Positions 27,132 through 39,409 of a stretch of DNA of 64,000 bases are shown here, piece by piece; positions within the stretch are counted from its first letter, which is position 1, and each line of letters begins with the position of its first letter. The notes below the pieces were generated by a model that was given only the letters and a program-made list of their open reading frames with translations, was not told the DNA's origin and made no database searches. This stretch comes from Girardia tigrina (lineage: Eukaryota). The stretch is taken from the NCBI GenBank assembly GCA_001938485.1, contig MQRK01224031.1, positions 26,977-90,976 of the forward strand, written 5' to 3'. The position numbers and the translations under genes were made by a program.

Positions 27132-27472
27132 GATAAATAATGTATTGCTACACAATACTTAATTATCATTTATTTTTTGATAATTTTTAAATTTTAAATT
27201 TAAATTATATAATTAACTAAAAAAGATTAAAAAAAAACTTCTCTTCTCCCAAGCATACTTTACTTTCTTCTTCAAAAAAATAATAAAGTACATCGCAAAA
27301 TAACTAAATCACATACACAATTAATTAGTTCCCATCATTACACTTTAAAAAAATATAAATAACTATATGGTGAAATTATATAAATAAAGATCATTCAAAA
27401 ATTAAGTCTTGACATTAGACGTTTTTATGTATTATTTATTTATTTATTTAATTTTTTTATTTTGTATTTAAG

Positions 27473-27573
27473 CTCCCAGCTCCGCTCCAACAGATTTATT
27501 TGCAACGGCGATAACGCACAATTCGATTTCGGTTACTTGGAAGCCTCCGATTCAACAAAACGGAAGAATAAAG
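27473..27573 (+). CDS. Lar: LAR-family receptor PTP, exon encoding N-terminal half of FN3 domain 2 (not in ORF track in this frame)
   Basis: Acceptor tttgtatttaag|CT, donor AAG|gtatta, phase 1-0. Encodes PSSAPTDLFATAITHNSISVTWKPPIQQNGRIK (cf. LAR [30 protein letters not shown]). Confidence 0.9.
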
Positions 27574-27989
27574 GTATTAGTGAAATCGTGATCGTTTTCT
27601 ATTTCATAAGAGTTGTACTATACTATAATTTTAGAAGTATTAACAATTAAATTGATTTTTATGAATTCATTTATCTGTTAGTAAACATAAAAAATTTATT
27701 TTACTATTCTAAAAATCAACAAGCGAAAGCACCATATAAGAAATAAAGTAAAAAATTACAGAAAAATAACAGAGAAAGTAACATTGGTTCTCGTACTTTT
27801 AAATTTAAGGTTGTTAAATAGATGTTGCAAAATGTGTTTTCATACTTCTCCTCCCGAATGATTGAACTCGATATGTATTTTTGCAATGTTATCTCACCAT
27901 CAATCGCCGGTTAATCGTGCTTCCCAATAGTCGTAAGACTCGAGTAATACTTATCAATCCCATGACCTTCACATTCAGAAAGGTAGATA

Positions 27990-28871
27990 GCTTTTTAAGT
28001 GGATTACTGGTCTACTAGTACAACGAATTTACTGGCGGTATTTCTAAACAATATTTCGTCTAGCTTTTTGAATTTCTCTGTCAGTGTGAGGTCGAAATTT
28101 GTAATGTAAGTGAATGAATGTAATGCAGACCACTATACAGTCATCATAACCTTTTTTTGGTTGAGTTTTGGTTTCGGCAAGTGATGAGGAGCCTCATCGC
28201 GGTCAAATCATTGTGCCAAACGTCGCTGATTGTTGCAGATAATCCACGATTCAAAACACACGTCATAATCCGATCGATAAATGGGTCGTTCTTTTTTAGC
28301 AGAATAAGAGTGGAAGACACTTCAAAATGACGATTTCTTTGACTTTCGATTAATTTGTGAGGTACCCATTTATCGAGCTTTTTCGACTCTCTAATTTGCT
28401 TCAAGTGCCAAGCGACGGTTGAGGCATCAACGTTAAGCTATTCTGTGAGTGCTCGAACAGTTGTGCTTAGATCGGCTTCCAGCAGCTACTTCAATTTGTC
28501 CTTGTCAATCGTCGATGGGCGGCTGCCATGAGGCTCATCTTCCAGGCTGGTATTGCCAGAGCGAAACTTTTGATTCGAGTGCCACACAGTAAATTCGTTG
28601 AAACTTCGTTGATGTTTCGAGCTTTTTCAGCTGAATTACGCTCTAGCTTGAACTTGTAGAAGTAAATGTTGTGAAAATCACGTTTTGACATCTGCAATTA
28701 CAATCGAAATTAATAACAAAAGACACATTATAATAAGTTTAAGACAAATATATCTGAAAAAATATAAATTAAGCTTTCGAATGACTCATAACATCATACA
28801 TGCTTTAGTCGTATAACATTGCGGTAAATTCAACAAAATCACAAACATGCATTCCTTTTGCAACCACCTAA
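27990..28871 (-). mobile_element. 3'-truncated decayed mariner, cecropia-subfamily-like
   Basis: End TA|TTAGGTGGTTGCAAAAGGAATGCATG on the minus strand. Fragments MSKRDFHNIYFYKFKLERNSAEKARNINE and KKLDKWVPHKL..DPFIDRIMTC. The left boundary is approximate. Confidence 0.85.
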
Positions 28872-29228
28872 TATATGAGCGACTGTAGGTCCCTTAACTT
28901 GCAAATCTTGTCGGCCAAGATTAACATTCCTGATTATCTGGGAGTGTTACCTTCATTCAAATGAATCTATCATATACCTTGATTATGAAAAAATATCCTA
29001 AACACAAATACTATTCCTATATTAAAAGACAAAATGTCATATCTCATCAGAAATTTACATTCAAATGAAACAATAAACCAATTTATCGGTGGATCAAAAA
29101 AAAAATAAAAAAAACTACGAATCTTTAAACTAAGTTAAAACTATTTTTCATTATCATTCGCGTTAATTTTCATTTGTATCAGCAGATATCAAGTTGATTG
29201 TTTATTAGAAGTTTCAATATATATACAC

Positions 29229-29286
<58 letters not shown>

Positions 29287-29295
29287 CAAGTATAT

Positions 29296-30000
29296 TGTGT
29301 CTTGTCACAAGTGAGTCTACAGATTACTCCATTTTATCAGTCGGCTCAATTATCAACCAAAGTTATTTGATACTTCAAAATTAACTTAAATATCAATTAA
29401 GTCAAACTTTATCTTTGCATGCTTTATAAAAATCACGGTCAGTCAATCGTGTCCTAACATTATGTTGTCTATGTATAAATTGTCTATAAACAATTACAAT
29501 CTCCCTCTTATTCTTAAAAAAATATTTCCACTTTCAATATTCAAATATCACATCCTTTTCTTCTCTTACATATGATAATATACAAATAGATATTTATAAC
29601 ATTTATTGTCATTAATTTAACATTAAATTCCTGAAAGAAATTATTGCTGCTTAGTTAATTTTATAAGATTTACTTCGACAATTTCAATGAATTTCTTACT
29701 GTTCTAAGAAATGAGACAAAATTTTCAGGTTTTTCCCTCTTTTTCCTTAATAATGTTGTGTTAGCAATTTTCTTGCAATTATAGAAATGATGTTTCGTGC
29801 TTCTTTATAAAGTTGTCCATATAACTAATTAGCTCTTCGTCCCGCATTCGACTGACACATGAGAATGATTGAATATGTTTGCTCGACGAACAGAAGCTGT
29901 GCGATAAATATTTTCCTAATTCTTCTTGATGAAAAAATGAAGTAACAACACATTGACACTTCATCTTCTTATTGACTTCTTTCATATGCAATTAGTTGAG
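29296..30000 (-). mobile_element. Possible LTR-retrotransposon remnant (3' LTR about 29296-29498, PPT, decayed internal sequence)
   Basis: On the minus strand a purine tract AAGAGGGAGAT immediately precedes TGTAATTG..., running to ..AGACACA. A short upstream ORF (29779-29991) is only vaguely gag-like. No second LTR or TSD seen. Confidence 0.3.
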
Positions 30001-31925
30001 CATTATAAATAGTCTTATATCATGTATAAAAAAGAATCAAATTTTAGTATTTTTCTCTATTACGATTGTCTGACTTATAATTAAAATAGAAAAATTCATG
30101 TTAGAGTCCTTGTAAAAAAAATAATTCCCAGGAATTAATTCTTTTTTAATATTATTTTATTTTTATGTGTGTATATTCTTGGAAAATTTTATTTGAATAT
30201 AAAATATGCAGTTTTTTTTCTGTTATCAAAAAGTTGTTTATTATTGTAAAGGAGCTAACTAAAAACGTGTTTCAATGAACTCATTTAACGTAAAAAAATA
30301 AAGATAAATATGTTTAAAACTTTTATTTTTACAGAATATAAATAAACTTATATAACAAAAAAAAATCACATACGAGAGAGAGAACGGCACAGATAAATCT
30401 CGATTTCGATTTGTGTTTGTTGTTCAAAGGTTTCAAGGAATGATCTTCTGTTGTAACAATATCGATGGAAACGTCAGAGAATCATTCGGTTGCACAACGA
30501 GATTTTAAGAAAATGGATCACATAAAGAGGAGCACTTTCAGGGGGAATATTGATAAATTGGTTTGCAGAAAACTCCTTTACGAACCGATTTTAAAAGAAA
30601 ACGCCCCGCAGGCAATATAGTATAATTGTAAACTGTAATATTAATGATTGTNNNNNNNNNNNNNNNNNNNNNNNNNNNNNNNNNNNNNNNNNNNNNNNNN
30701 NNNNNNNNNNNNNNNNNNNNNNNNNNNNNNNNNNNNNNNNNNNNNNNNNNNNNNNNNNNNNNNNNNNNNNNNNNNNNNNNNNNNNNNNNAATTATTAATT
30801 ATGTTTTCTAAAACTATTTTTTTTATTATTCTTCGATTTACTTTTACGAAAATTCCTGTTTTTTATATTGTCTTAAATTAGAATGACTGAATATGATTGG
30901 TTTATTATTATTAATATAATAATAATTTTTATTGGTGATAGAGTGGGCGCAGTTGAGCAGTTGCGGTATTGCAGCGCCGGTGAGGGTCCGTGAATCGAGG
31001 ATGAATTACTTAATATCTATTTTCACCGGGATTGACTTTGAAATTCAAATGATACATAAACAACCACATCAAATCCGATGCCATCAAACAAATATATTTC
31101 AAAATAAAATAGGAAAAACTCAGGAAAACGCGATATCTTGAACAGTGTCAAACATTTGACAAATGTACTTCAACTCATAATTGACAAGCTTATAACGTTT
31201 AGATTAAAGTTTAGATTTATTTATGATCAATATATGTTTCTTTTAAGAGTTGAATATTTTCTTCTTTTATCTGGATGATAAAAATTGGTACGAAATTATA
31301 CTCGATTCGCTCGTCAAAATTCACAATACGAAATGAATCAGTATTTTTTGTTGTACCAATGCATCATCGACTCATAACGAAACAAAAACACATACTAAAT
31401 AAATAATATGATAATGTGTTTTCCTTTCAGCAATGATTTAGTCAGACTCAATCTTGCTACAAGTTTCAACGCGTATTTTCTTGTATAATTCTGAAAATTT
31501 CCGTAAGTTGTATGTGGATTACACTCTGCTTGTAAACAAGTTTGAGAACTTTTCACTCTTCAATCTGCCGTGGAATTTCAGAGTAAGCGCCTATTTCTTC
31601 ACCGACAGGCAAAAGTCAAAGGAGTGATTCGATTATGAGATGAATAAACTGTTTTTAAAACAATAGTGAGTACAATACGAATTAGAACAGAATATTAGAC
31701 ACAGAATTGACTTCCTTGATATGCTAAGAATGATAATTCCATTTTTTACTCCTTTTATATCAGAATGTACTATAGTGTAGTAACCATACTATGTTAATGA
31801 ATGTTTTAAAAAACTGAATCAAAGTTCTGAATAATATTCTCTGTTTGTTTAAATCTGCATACTCGTTGTTACAAAATAAAAATAATAATTATTATATTGT
31901 GATAAAAGCGACCAGAACAATTTAA

Positions 31926-32149
31926 CCTCTTTACCTTGTGTCACGAGTTAACTCGTCATATGAAATCTTGGGCTTAACCGTACATCACGAGTTAACTCGT
32001 CTTCGGATATATACAAGTCGTCTGTGTGCCGTGCGTTAACGAGATTTATGCATGCATACATTATTTTCTCAGGACAATATAACAAATCAAATAATGAAAG
32101 AAAACAATTACACAGTTTCCAAAAAAAATTTTTTTCCAAGGTAAAGGGG
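31926..32149. mobile_element. piggyBac-type MITE with internal palindromes
   Basis: TTAA|CCTCTTTACCTTG ... CAAGGTAAAGGGG|TTAA; two copies of the palindrome ACGAGTTAACTCGT near the left end. Confidence 0.85.
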
Positions 32150-32261
32150 TTAAGAACTAATTGTAAGTAACAATGTTTAAATTAATATTTTTATGTACGT
32201 AAAATAGAGATAATTTTAACATTGAAATATCTCATAAAACTATTTTTTCTTTATTTTTCTA

Positions 32262-33497
32262 TTAGGTTGGTCGAAAAATAATGGCGGTTTTTGGACACAA
32301 ACTTCAAAGATGTGCAAATTCACAGAAACAAAATTTTATTAATCAAAGTATGAACCGTTGGCATCAATACATTTTTGCCAACGAGAAACAAGTTGTTTCA
32401 TTCCATCAGCATAAAATGCATCGGTTCTCGAAGCGACGAATTCTTGGAAGGCANNNNNNNNNNNNNNNNNNNNNNNNNNNNNNNNNNNNNNNNNNNNNNN
32501 NNNNNNNNNNNNNNNNNNNNNNNNNNNNNNNNNNNNNNNNNNNNNNNNNNNNNNNNNNNNNNNNNNNNNNNNNNNNNNNNNNNNNNNNNNNNNNNNNNNN
32601 NNNNNNNNNNNNNNNNNNNNNNNNNNNNNNNNNNNNNNNNNNNNNNNNNNNNNNNNNNNNNNNNNNNNNNNNNNNNNNNNNNNNNNNNNNNNNNNNNNNN
32701 NNNNNNNNNNNNNNNNNNNNNNNNNNNNNNNNNNNNNNNNNNNNNNNNNNNNNNNNNNNNNNNNNNNNNNNNNNNNNNNNNNNNNNNNNNNNNNNNNNNN
32801 NNNNNNNNNNNNNNNNNNNNNNNNNNNNNNNNNNNNNNNNNNNNNNNNNNNNNNNNNNNNNNNNNNNNNNNNNNNNNNNNNNNNNNNNNNNNNNNNNNNN
32901 NNNNNNNNNNNNNGAACAAATTTCATAGCGTCGGTTCTTTTGATTTTCATTCAAATCATGTGGAACCCATTTATCAAGTTTCTTGATTTTTCCAAGTTGT
33001 TTTAATTGATCCAGGACTGTTGAATGACTAATACCCAACCCATTTGCAAGTTCTCTGATTGTTATACGTGGATCTGTTTCCACCATTGTCCTCAAATTGT
33101 CGTTGTTCACAGCAACTGGACGACCACGACCTTCTTCATCTTCAAGGTTTTCATCTCCATTAGAAAATTTTCGGAACCTTCGTTGCACTGTGCGCTCAGA
33201 AGCTGTTCCCATACCAAACGCCTTATTGATATTGCGAGCCGTTTCTGCTGCTTTACGACCCAGTTTAAATTCGTACAAGAAAATTGCTCGAATTTTAATT
33301 TTTTCCATTATTAATTTAGCACCGTAAATATTCTAAAAAAATAAGAGCAATATGTTAATAATGGCTATAGGAAAATACAGCTGGGCATAAGATTTCAAAT
33401 AATATCTAACACTAATGCATTTAAACTTATATACATATCAAAGTAGATAAACAAAGAATAAAGCTCAAAAACCGCCATTATTTTTCGACCAACCTAA
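32262..33497 (-). mobile_element. Young full-length mariner, cecropia-subfamily-like
   Basis: Perfect 32-bp TIR TTAGGTTGGTCGAAAAATAATGGCGGTTTTTG with TA TSD on both sides; centre obscured by N-gap 32454-32913. Confidence 0.95.
32339..33308 (-). CDS. Mariner transposase, possibly intact (catalytic core in gap)
   Basis: MEKIKIRAIFLYEFKLGRKAAETARNINKAFG..RGRP..LDKWVPHDLNENQKNRRYEIC, then the gap, then AFQEFVASRTDAFYADGMKQLVSRWQKCIDANGSYFD*. No stop in the sequenced parts. Confidence 0.7.
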
Positions 33498-34481
33498 TAT
33501 TTATATTTCGTCGTGATTTTGATATATCTTGGAATTTTAATCTTGTTCATTTTTCCTATGAAGATTATTCCTAACATTATTATTTTGATCTTCGAAATAA
33601 CATTTTTTATGGATCACCTGAAAAATAGATCAAAACAAAGATTTCGGAATATTAATACATTTGATTATATTTTTGGAAAAACATTAATGAGAAATATAAT
33701 CATATTGAAATTTATTTATTTATTGATTTAATTATCGATTATCATATTTTAATTTGAATAGAAATCACATCAGACATATTTTTAAAATAATTTTTAGCAT
33801 AATTAATAGATATATTTTAACGTTTCAGGGAGAAATTTCGTACCTTAGACCTACTTAAAGCCCTTCTTTATATGTTTTATATCTTTTTTTTGTTTTCATT
33901 TGAGCCATTTATTTTGAAGGTGGTCGAAGTCCATTTATACTTAAATTGAGACAATTAGTGGAGTCAGTGACTTTCAAAGGAAATGGTTCACCTTTTGATC
34001 TAATTTTGAAAATATATGAATTGCTCATTTATTTATCAATTAGAAATGATAGGCTTACTGATTAAACCTTTTGATTGAGCTTGATTCTCAAGATATTGAG
34101 TTATGAATATTGAGTTCGCGGAAAATTTCTGATTTCATTTAACTACAATAAATTTTATCTGAGAAGGTTAAGACAAAAGACATTTTCGTGAGATATAATA
34201 GGACTACTACAGTGTTACCCGGTTTTTACAAAGCTTTTTATTTTATTTTTTGAATCTAAATAATATGCCTGCGCAAATTTTTCGCTTTGTTTTTTTAAAT
34301 TTTTTGTTTAAAATACCTCAGAAACCATCTTGTTATAACCCGTCTGTTACAAGTCTAACTAAAAGTAATACAGTTTTCTGTTTGCAAAACATACTTCGAA
34401 AATAGGACAAAATTCTTTAAAACTCTATTACTAAAAATTTTTATATTTTTTTATAAATTTTATTTTTAACTATTTTTTTAG

Positions 34482-34674
34482 GGTTATAAACTTTATCATA
34501 GTGAAAACATGAATAGTCCTATCGGTATGTGGTTTGTCCACATGACCACTGAAACAAAATACTTCCTGAATAATCTTATACCAAAGGCGACATATTACGT
34601 GAAAGTAAATGCGTTCAACAACGCTGGTGACGGACCCGTCAGTGACCCATTCCCAATTCTTGTGGTTCCCGGAG
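34482..34674 (+). CDS. Lar: LAR-family receptor PTP, exon encoding C-terminal half of FN3 domain 2
   Basis: Acceptor tattttttag|GGT, donor GGA G|gtagga, phase 0-1. Encodes GYKLYHSENMNSPIGMWFVH..NLIPKATYYVKVNAFNNAGDGPVSDPFPILVVPG (cf. LAR GYRVYY..TYSLRVLAFTAVGDGPPS). Confidence 0.9.
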
Positions 34675-36441
34675 GTAGGAATAAAATTCCAAATTGTTTT
34701 AATTATATTTGCAATTTATTTTAATTAATTATATTTTAAGTTTATTAAAACGATTTATTTATTTATTTATTTTATATAACACAAAATATTTGTTTTCGGA
34801 TTTTATTTTTGTTAAATTGACCAATATTCTTATATTATTTTATATAAATTTTTATTCGGATTAAGATAAAAAGAATGGGATTATTGACTTAACTTGAATT
34901 CGATAATGAGTTTTATTCTCAAGGGAAAGCTTAACAGAATAGTATTATTGATGGTCTTCGAAGAGAATGTTTGCTTGGTCATTTAATTAAAACATTCTAA
35001 TTAAAATTGTCATCAGAATTGCATGTGTCGCGATTTTCCTAACATTTTTTGAAGAAAATTTCCTGCAATATTTTTATTGAAATATTTTTTTCTAATTTCC
35101 TCAAATTTATGTGATCTCGAAATTCATATAGTTCTAAATATAATAATATTAAATAATATTAATTATTATAAATAATATAAATACTATTCTATCAAACGTG
35201 AATTAATTTTTTTATAAGAATTGATATCTAATGGAAAAATTAATTTTATTTTATAAAAGTAATTAAAATTTTATGATTATTAGTATTTTAAATGATTTTT
35301 ATTTATCTTTTAAAATGAAATATTTACTCAATTGTAATAAATTGAAATTTAATAAAAAATTGAAAATATTGTGAATAATAAAAAAACAAAAATCTTTTTT
35401 TAAGGATTAATTTTAATTTTGTTATTTTGTTTTTTTTATTAAAATGGAAGTTTAGATTATATGAATGATTTATCCTGCTGGAATACAATCTGGATTAGTG
35501 TCGGCCTATCAATTTACCGCATTTTTATTGATTAAAACAAAATATTTTTTGGAAAATATTCCAAAAAAATAATACTTTTGAATTATTATTTTTTTAATGG
35601 AATCTGTTTAATAGTTAGTGTTTATAGGTAGTAAAGTGAGAAAACCGCCCAGTAAGTATTAATTTAGTTAATTAACTACCCATTGTAATATTAAAAGAAA
35701 ATTATTATTTTAATAATTTTTTTTTCAAAAAAGAAATAAATGCAGATTATTTTCCCTAAATTCTATAAAAGTTTAGAAATATACCTAATGTTTTTTTATG
35801 GCATTGTTGTTTTTATCCCATTTGTTTGGTTTTTCTCCCCAATTTTATTCCTATATTTTGATTAAATGAAACAAATATCCCATTGTTGTATGTACCAAAG
35901 CTCTACTAATTTTATTTATTATTTTATTAAAAGAAAATTATTTATTTATTCTCTATATATTATTACAGCATCAGGTATAGTAAATTACGAGTCATTACAT
36001 TTTGTGAGTATATGTTTCTACACCGGTTACTGCCTTTGCACCTGTATTTTGTCTTGTTTTTTAGATTTTTCTATATTTGTTTCTATGTTGAACATTTCTG
36101 TGGTTAAAGCTTTCGATGTTCAATTATTTTAAACATTACCAAGCATAACGCTTCTTTCAATGTTGTGTGGAATTATTGTAGGATGTCTTGTTCGTATATG
36201 TAAAAAAAATTAAAATTATTATAATACATAGATTTTTTTTAGTTCTTATAATATAGTCAAAAATCTTAATTAAAATAATGAAAAAAAAATATTTTTTTTA
36301 TTTATTAAAATATTTAATAAGTATTATAATGAATTGCTAAATGAAAGTAAAACATTTTTAAAATTAAATTTGATACTACTTTTTAATGAAGTTTTATATT
36401 ATTATTTTTATAAAATAAATATTTCGTCATAACAATATTAA

Positions 36442-36618
36442 CTCTTTCCTGGTAACTTATGCAACATTTAATTTTTTGCTTTTATTTTGATATTTTGTGC
36501 AACCATTTAGTAAATTTAGCTGAAATATTTATGTTGTCTTTATATTATTTTAAAATATTTAGTTTTTTATATATTTGAAAGCAATGTATAATGTTGTAGA
36601 AAATTGAACCAGGAAAGG
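36442..36618. mobile_element. Short piggyBac-type MITE
   Basis: TTAA|CTCTTTCCTGGT ... ACCAGGAAAGG|TTAA (one indel between the TIRs). Confidence 0.6.
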
Positions 36619-37412
36619 TTAATAAATATATAAATATTTTATATTATTTAAGACATAGATATTATGATTTTTTTAATACATAAAATACTAATATTATTAT
36701 TTTGAATTTATATTTAAATAATTTTTGAATTTATTAATTCTTAACGAATATAAAAGCATTTCACTGCTTTGAAATTAACTTTACAGAAGGAAATGAAATA
36801 TTTTTTAAAGTTATTTTATGAGGAAACATAAATTTTATTTTAAGCGTTGTTTAAAATGCCAATCATTGTCAACATACGGATGTCTAATTGTTTTTTAATT
36901 ATTTTAAAAAATGTTCAACATCCTGATACAATCTTTAAACATTATTTTTTTAAAAATGTGACTCAATTGACAAGAATCATAAAAAAAGAAACTTTCTAAT
37001 CAATATTTGGTTTATTATTTAAGTTTCTTTTATTTTTTGTTTATTGATTATTTTTATTGTTTTCTCTGTTTTCCTATTGAATAAAATCAAAATGAAAAAA
37101 ACAAAAATGAAAGTTCAATTAATTTCACTTTTGTATTTTATAACAAAAATCATTTTAATAAAATATATTATATTTTAAAATATTTAATCATTCAAACCAT
37201 CCTTTGACCTCAAATATAAAATTATAAATTATTAATCCTTTTTGATTATATTGTTAATTAGAATTCATATACACACACATATATATATATATATANNNNN
37301 NNNNNNNNNNNNNNNNNNNNNNNNNNNNNNNNNNNNNNNNNNNNNATATATATATATATATAATTTTAATTGAGTTATATAAATAATTGTTTCAAAATTG
37401 CATCTGAATATA

Positions 37413-38110
37413 CAGAGTTATTGAAAAGTAATTACCTATTTTAAAAATAAAATTTTATTCAAATGCCAGTATATGTTTCTAGAATTTAGTTTTAATTAAA
37501 TTACTTGAAATTTTAAAACCTGTGTAAATATTTTTGGACATCATACACCAAAGGAACGTGCCTAGAAGTATTAAGGAAAAAAATACTCGAATAAAGGAAT
37601 TGAAAGACGATCAAGAATTGTCACGAACAACTCTTCACCACAAGATTTATCTCAGATACTGGAATAAATTTTCCTGCTTTCAAATCCTTAGACCTTGTGG
37701 TCGTGCAAGTTGTTTAAGAAATGTTTACCCATAACCTGCAAATTACAATTTGATGAGCAACAAAAACGAAATTAGACTGGTCTCTTTAAATCAAATCTCT
37801 TCATTGAACGATCAAAATTTCAAATACTGAACAGCAGATGTTTCTTGTGTTAACAATGAAAAAAATTTGAAAAAAATGATACCTCACAATATTGAAGTGA
37901 TCAATTTTGGTCAATTATCAGTGCTTGCGACAACATCAGAGATTCAGTTTACATGAAAAAGATGCATTTCTTCTAAACGTTGCTATCATTGTTCGTCAAA
38001 GGCTGAATAATCAATTTTCTGGCAGATGGATGGTTTGCAGGAATGGGCTTCCAGAAATCTTTACATCTTGAGACTTTTTCTCTGTGGTTGCTTGAAAAAC
38101 CAACTGTAAT
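37413..38110 (+). mobile_element. Heavily decayed DD41D/rosa-like element
   Basis: TA|CAGAGTTATTGAAAAGT end. The segment near 38020-38105 reads GRWMVCRNG..DFFLCGCLKNQL (cf. RWIGR..DFFLWGYLK). Confidence 0.4.
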
Positions 38111-38232
38111 AAATAAATAAAATTTACTCTATCAAATAAATTTTGAAGGATGTATATTGCAAATGTGTAAAGATACGAATTTAATTCTAGTTAATATCAA
38201 CTTGAGAAATTGTTGGTGAATGATGATATCTA

Positions 38233-38957
38233 CAGGGTGATTACTAAGTCCCTACGACTCTTTTATAGTTTCCCATAATAACAGTAAACAAAACTTCTTC
38301 CAGTGCAAAACAGTATAATTTAAGCATCATATGAATCAACCTGAAGGCCAGTTTGCTGCACAAATAGATAAAATCGTCAAAATATGCATTTAGTAAAAGC
38401 AACCAATGTGGTTTTAGAGATGGTTTCGAATTCCATCTTAATGACGTTCTTCAATTCCACGATGTTGGAAGCTTTCTTGGCAACGTATGTCTCCTTAATT
38501 ATTACCCACAAAGCATTTTCGTATAAAGTAAGGTCAGGACTTCAAGGAGGCCCGGGAAATGGTTTAAATTTACTTAACCGTCTGTCTTGAAACTTCTGTT
38601 CTTGAAACCTTCTTCAGGCTGAGATAATGTGCGCTAGTGACACATCTTGTTGCTAAGGAGACTGCATCAAGATGTCCTTTGTCTTTAATTTTGGTACAAA
38701 TTTGGTGCGAAGCATGATGATGTAAGATTTCATCTTCATCAACGATTTTATCACATTCGTGATATTCACATGCTGCTAAAATTCTTTACTACACTGTGCA
38801 CTCAGTAGTGTCTGTAATTTCAAAAACTACAAAAAAACACCAATACTTTAGATAAATAATATCAAAAAATACTGAAATTTATTTTCAAATGATGTACAAT
38901 TGGTCAACAATAAATATTTGTGTTATTCCATTCTTTTCATTCACTTACTTTCTATAC

Positions 38958-39010
<53 letters not shown>

Positions 39011-39409
39011 CATGGAATTTAGAAACCTGTTTTTAAAGGCCTTCTAGTGAATCGGTTTTCTTCAAACTTTGCACATTTACTCATTCTCGATGACAATAAA
39101 TGATTATGTAAAAATTTAATTGAAAAAACTTTTTAAGATCCCAAAATGAGAAAAAAACGGAAAATTCGGAGTTATCGAAAAATATTAATGTCAAAATATC
39201 TATTTATAAATTATAAGTAGTAAAATTATATTAATTTTTGTACTTGTATTTTTTATTGTTTTTTTAATTGAAATTTTTTAAATTTTTAAATTTTAAAAAA
39301 TTTGCTGGCAAAGTAGAGTTCAGTCTACCTAAAGAATGGATATAAAGAATTTAATTTTTTGATTTAATAGTTTTTTTTACAAAGCCTTATGGACTTATGA
39401 ATCACCCTG
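38233..39409 (-). mobile_element. Non-autonomous DD41D/rosa-like element
   Basis: TA|CAGGGTGATTACTAAGTCCCTA versus right reverse complement CAGGGTGATTCATAAGTCCATA. Minus-strand QQDVSLAH..GPP*SPDLTLYENALWVIIKETY..VELKNVIKMEF. Contains a (TA)n run. Confidence 0.75.

Noticed and set aside
30933-31005. GC-rich stretch as a tRNA or tRNA-derived SINE
   Set aside because: No cloverleaf and no proper B box; kept only as an unexplained island.
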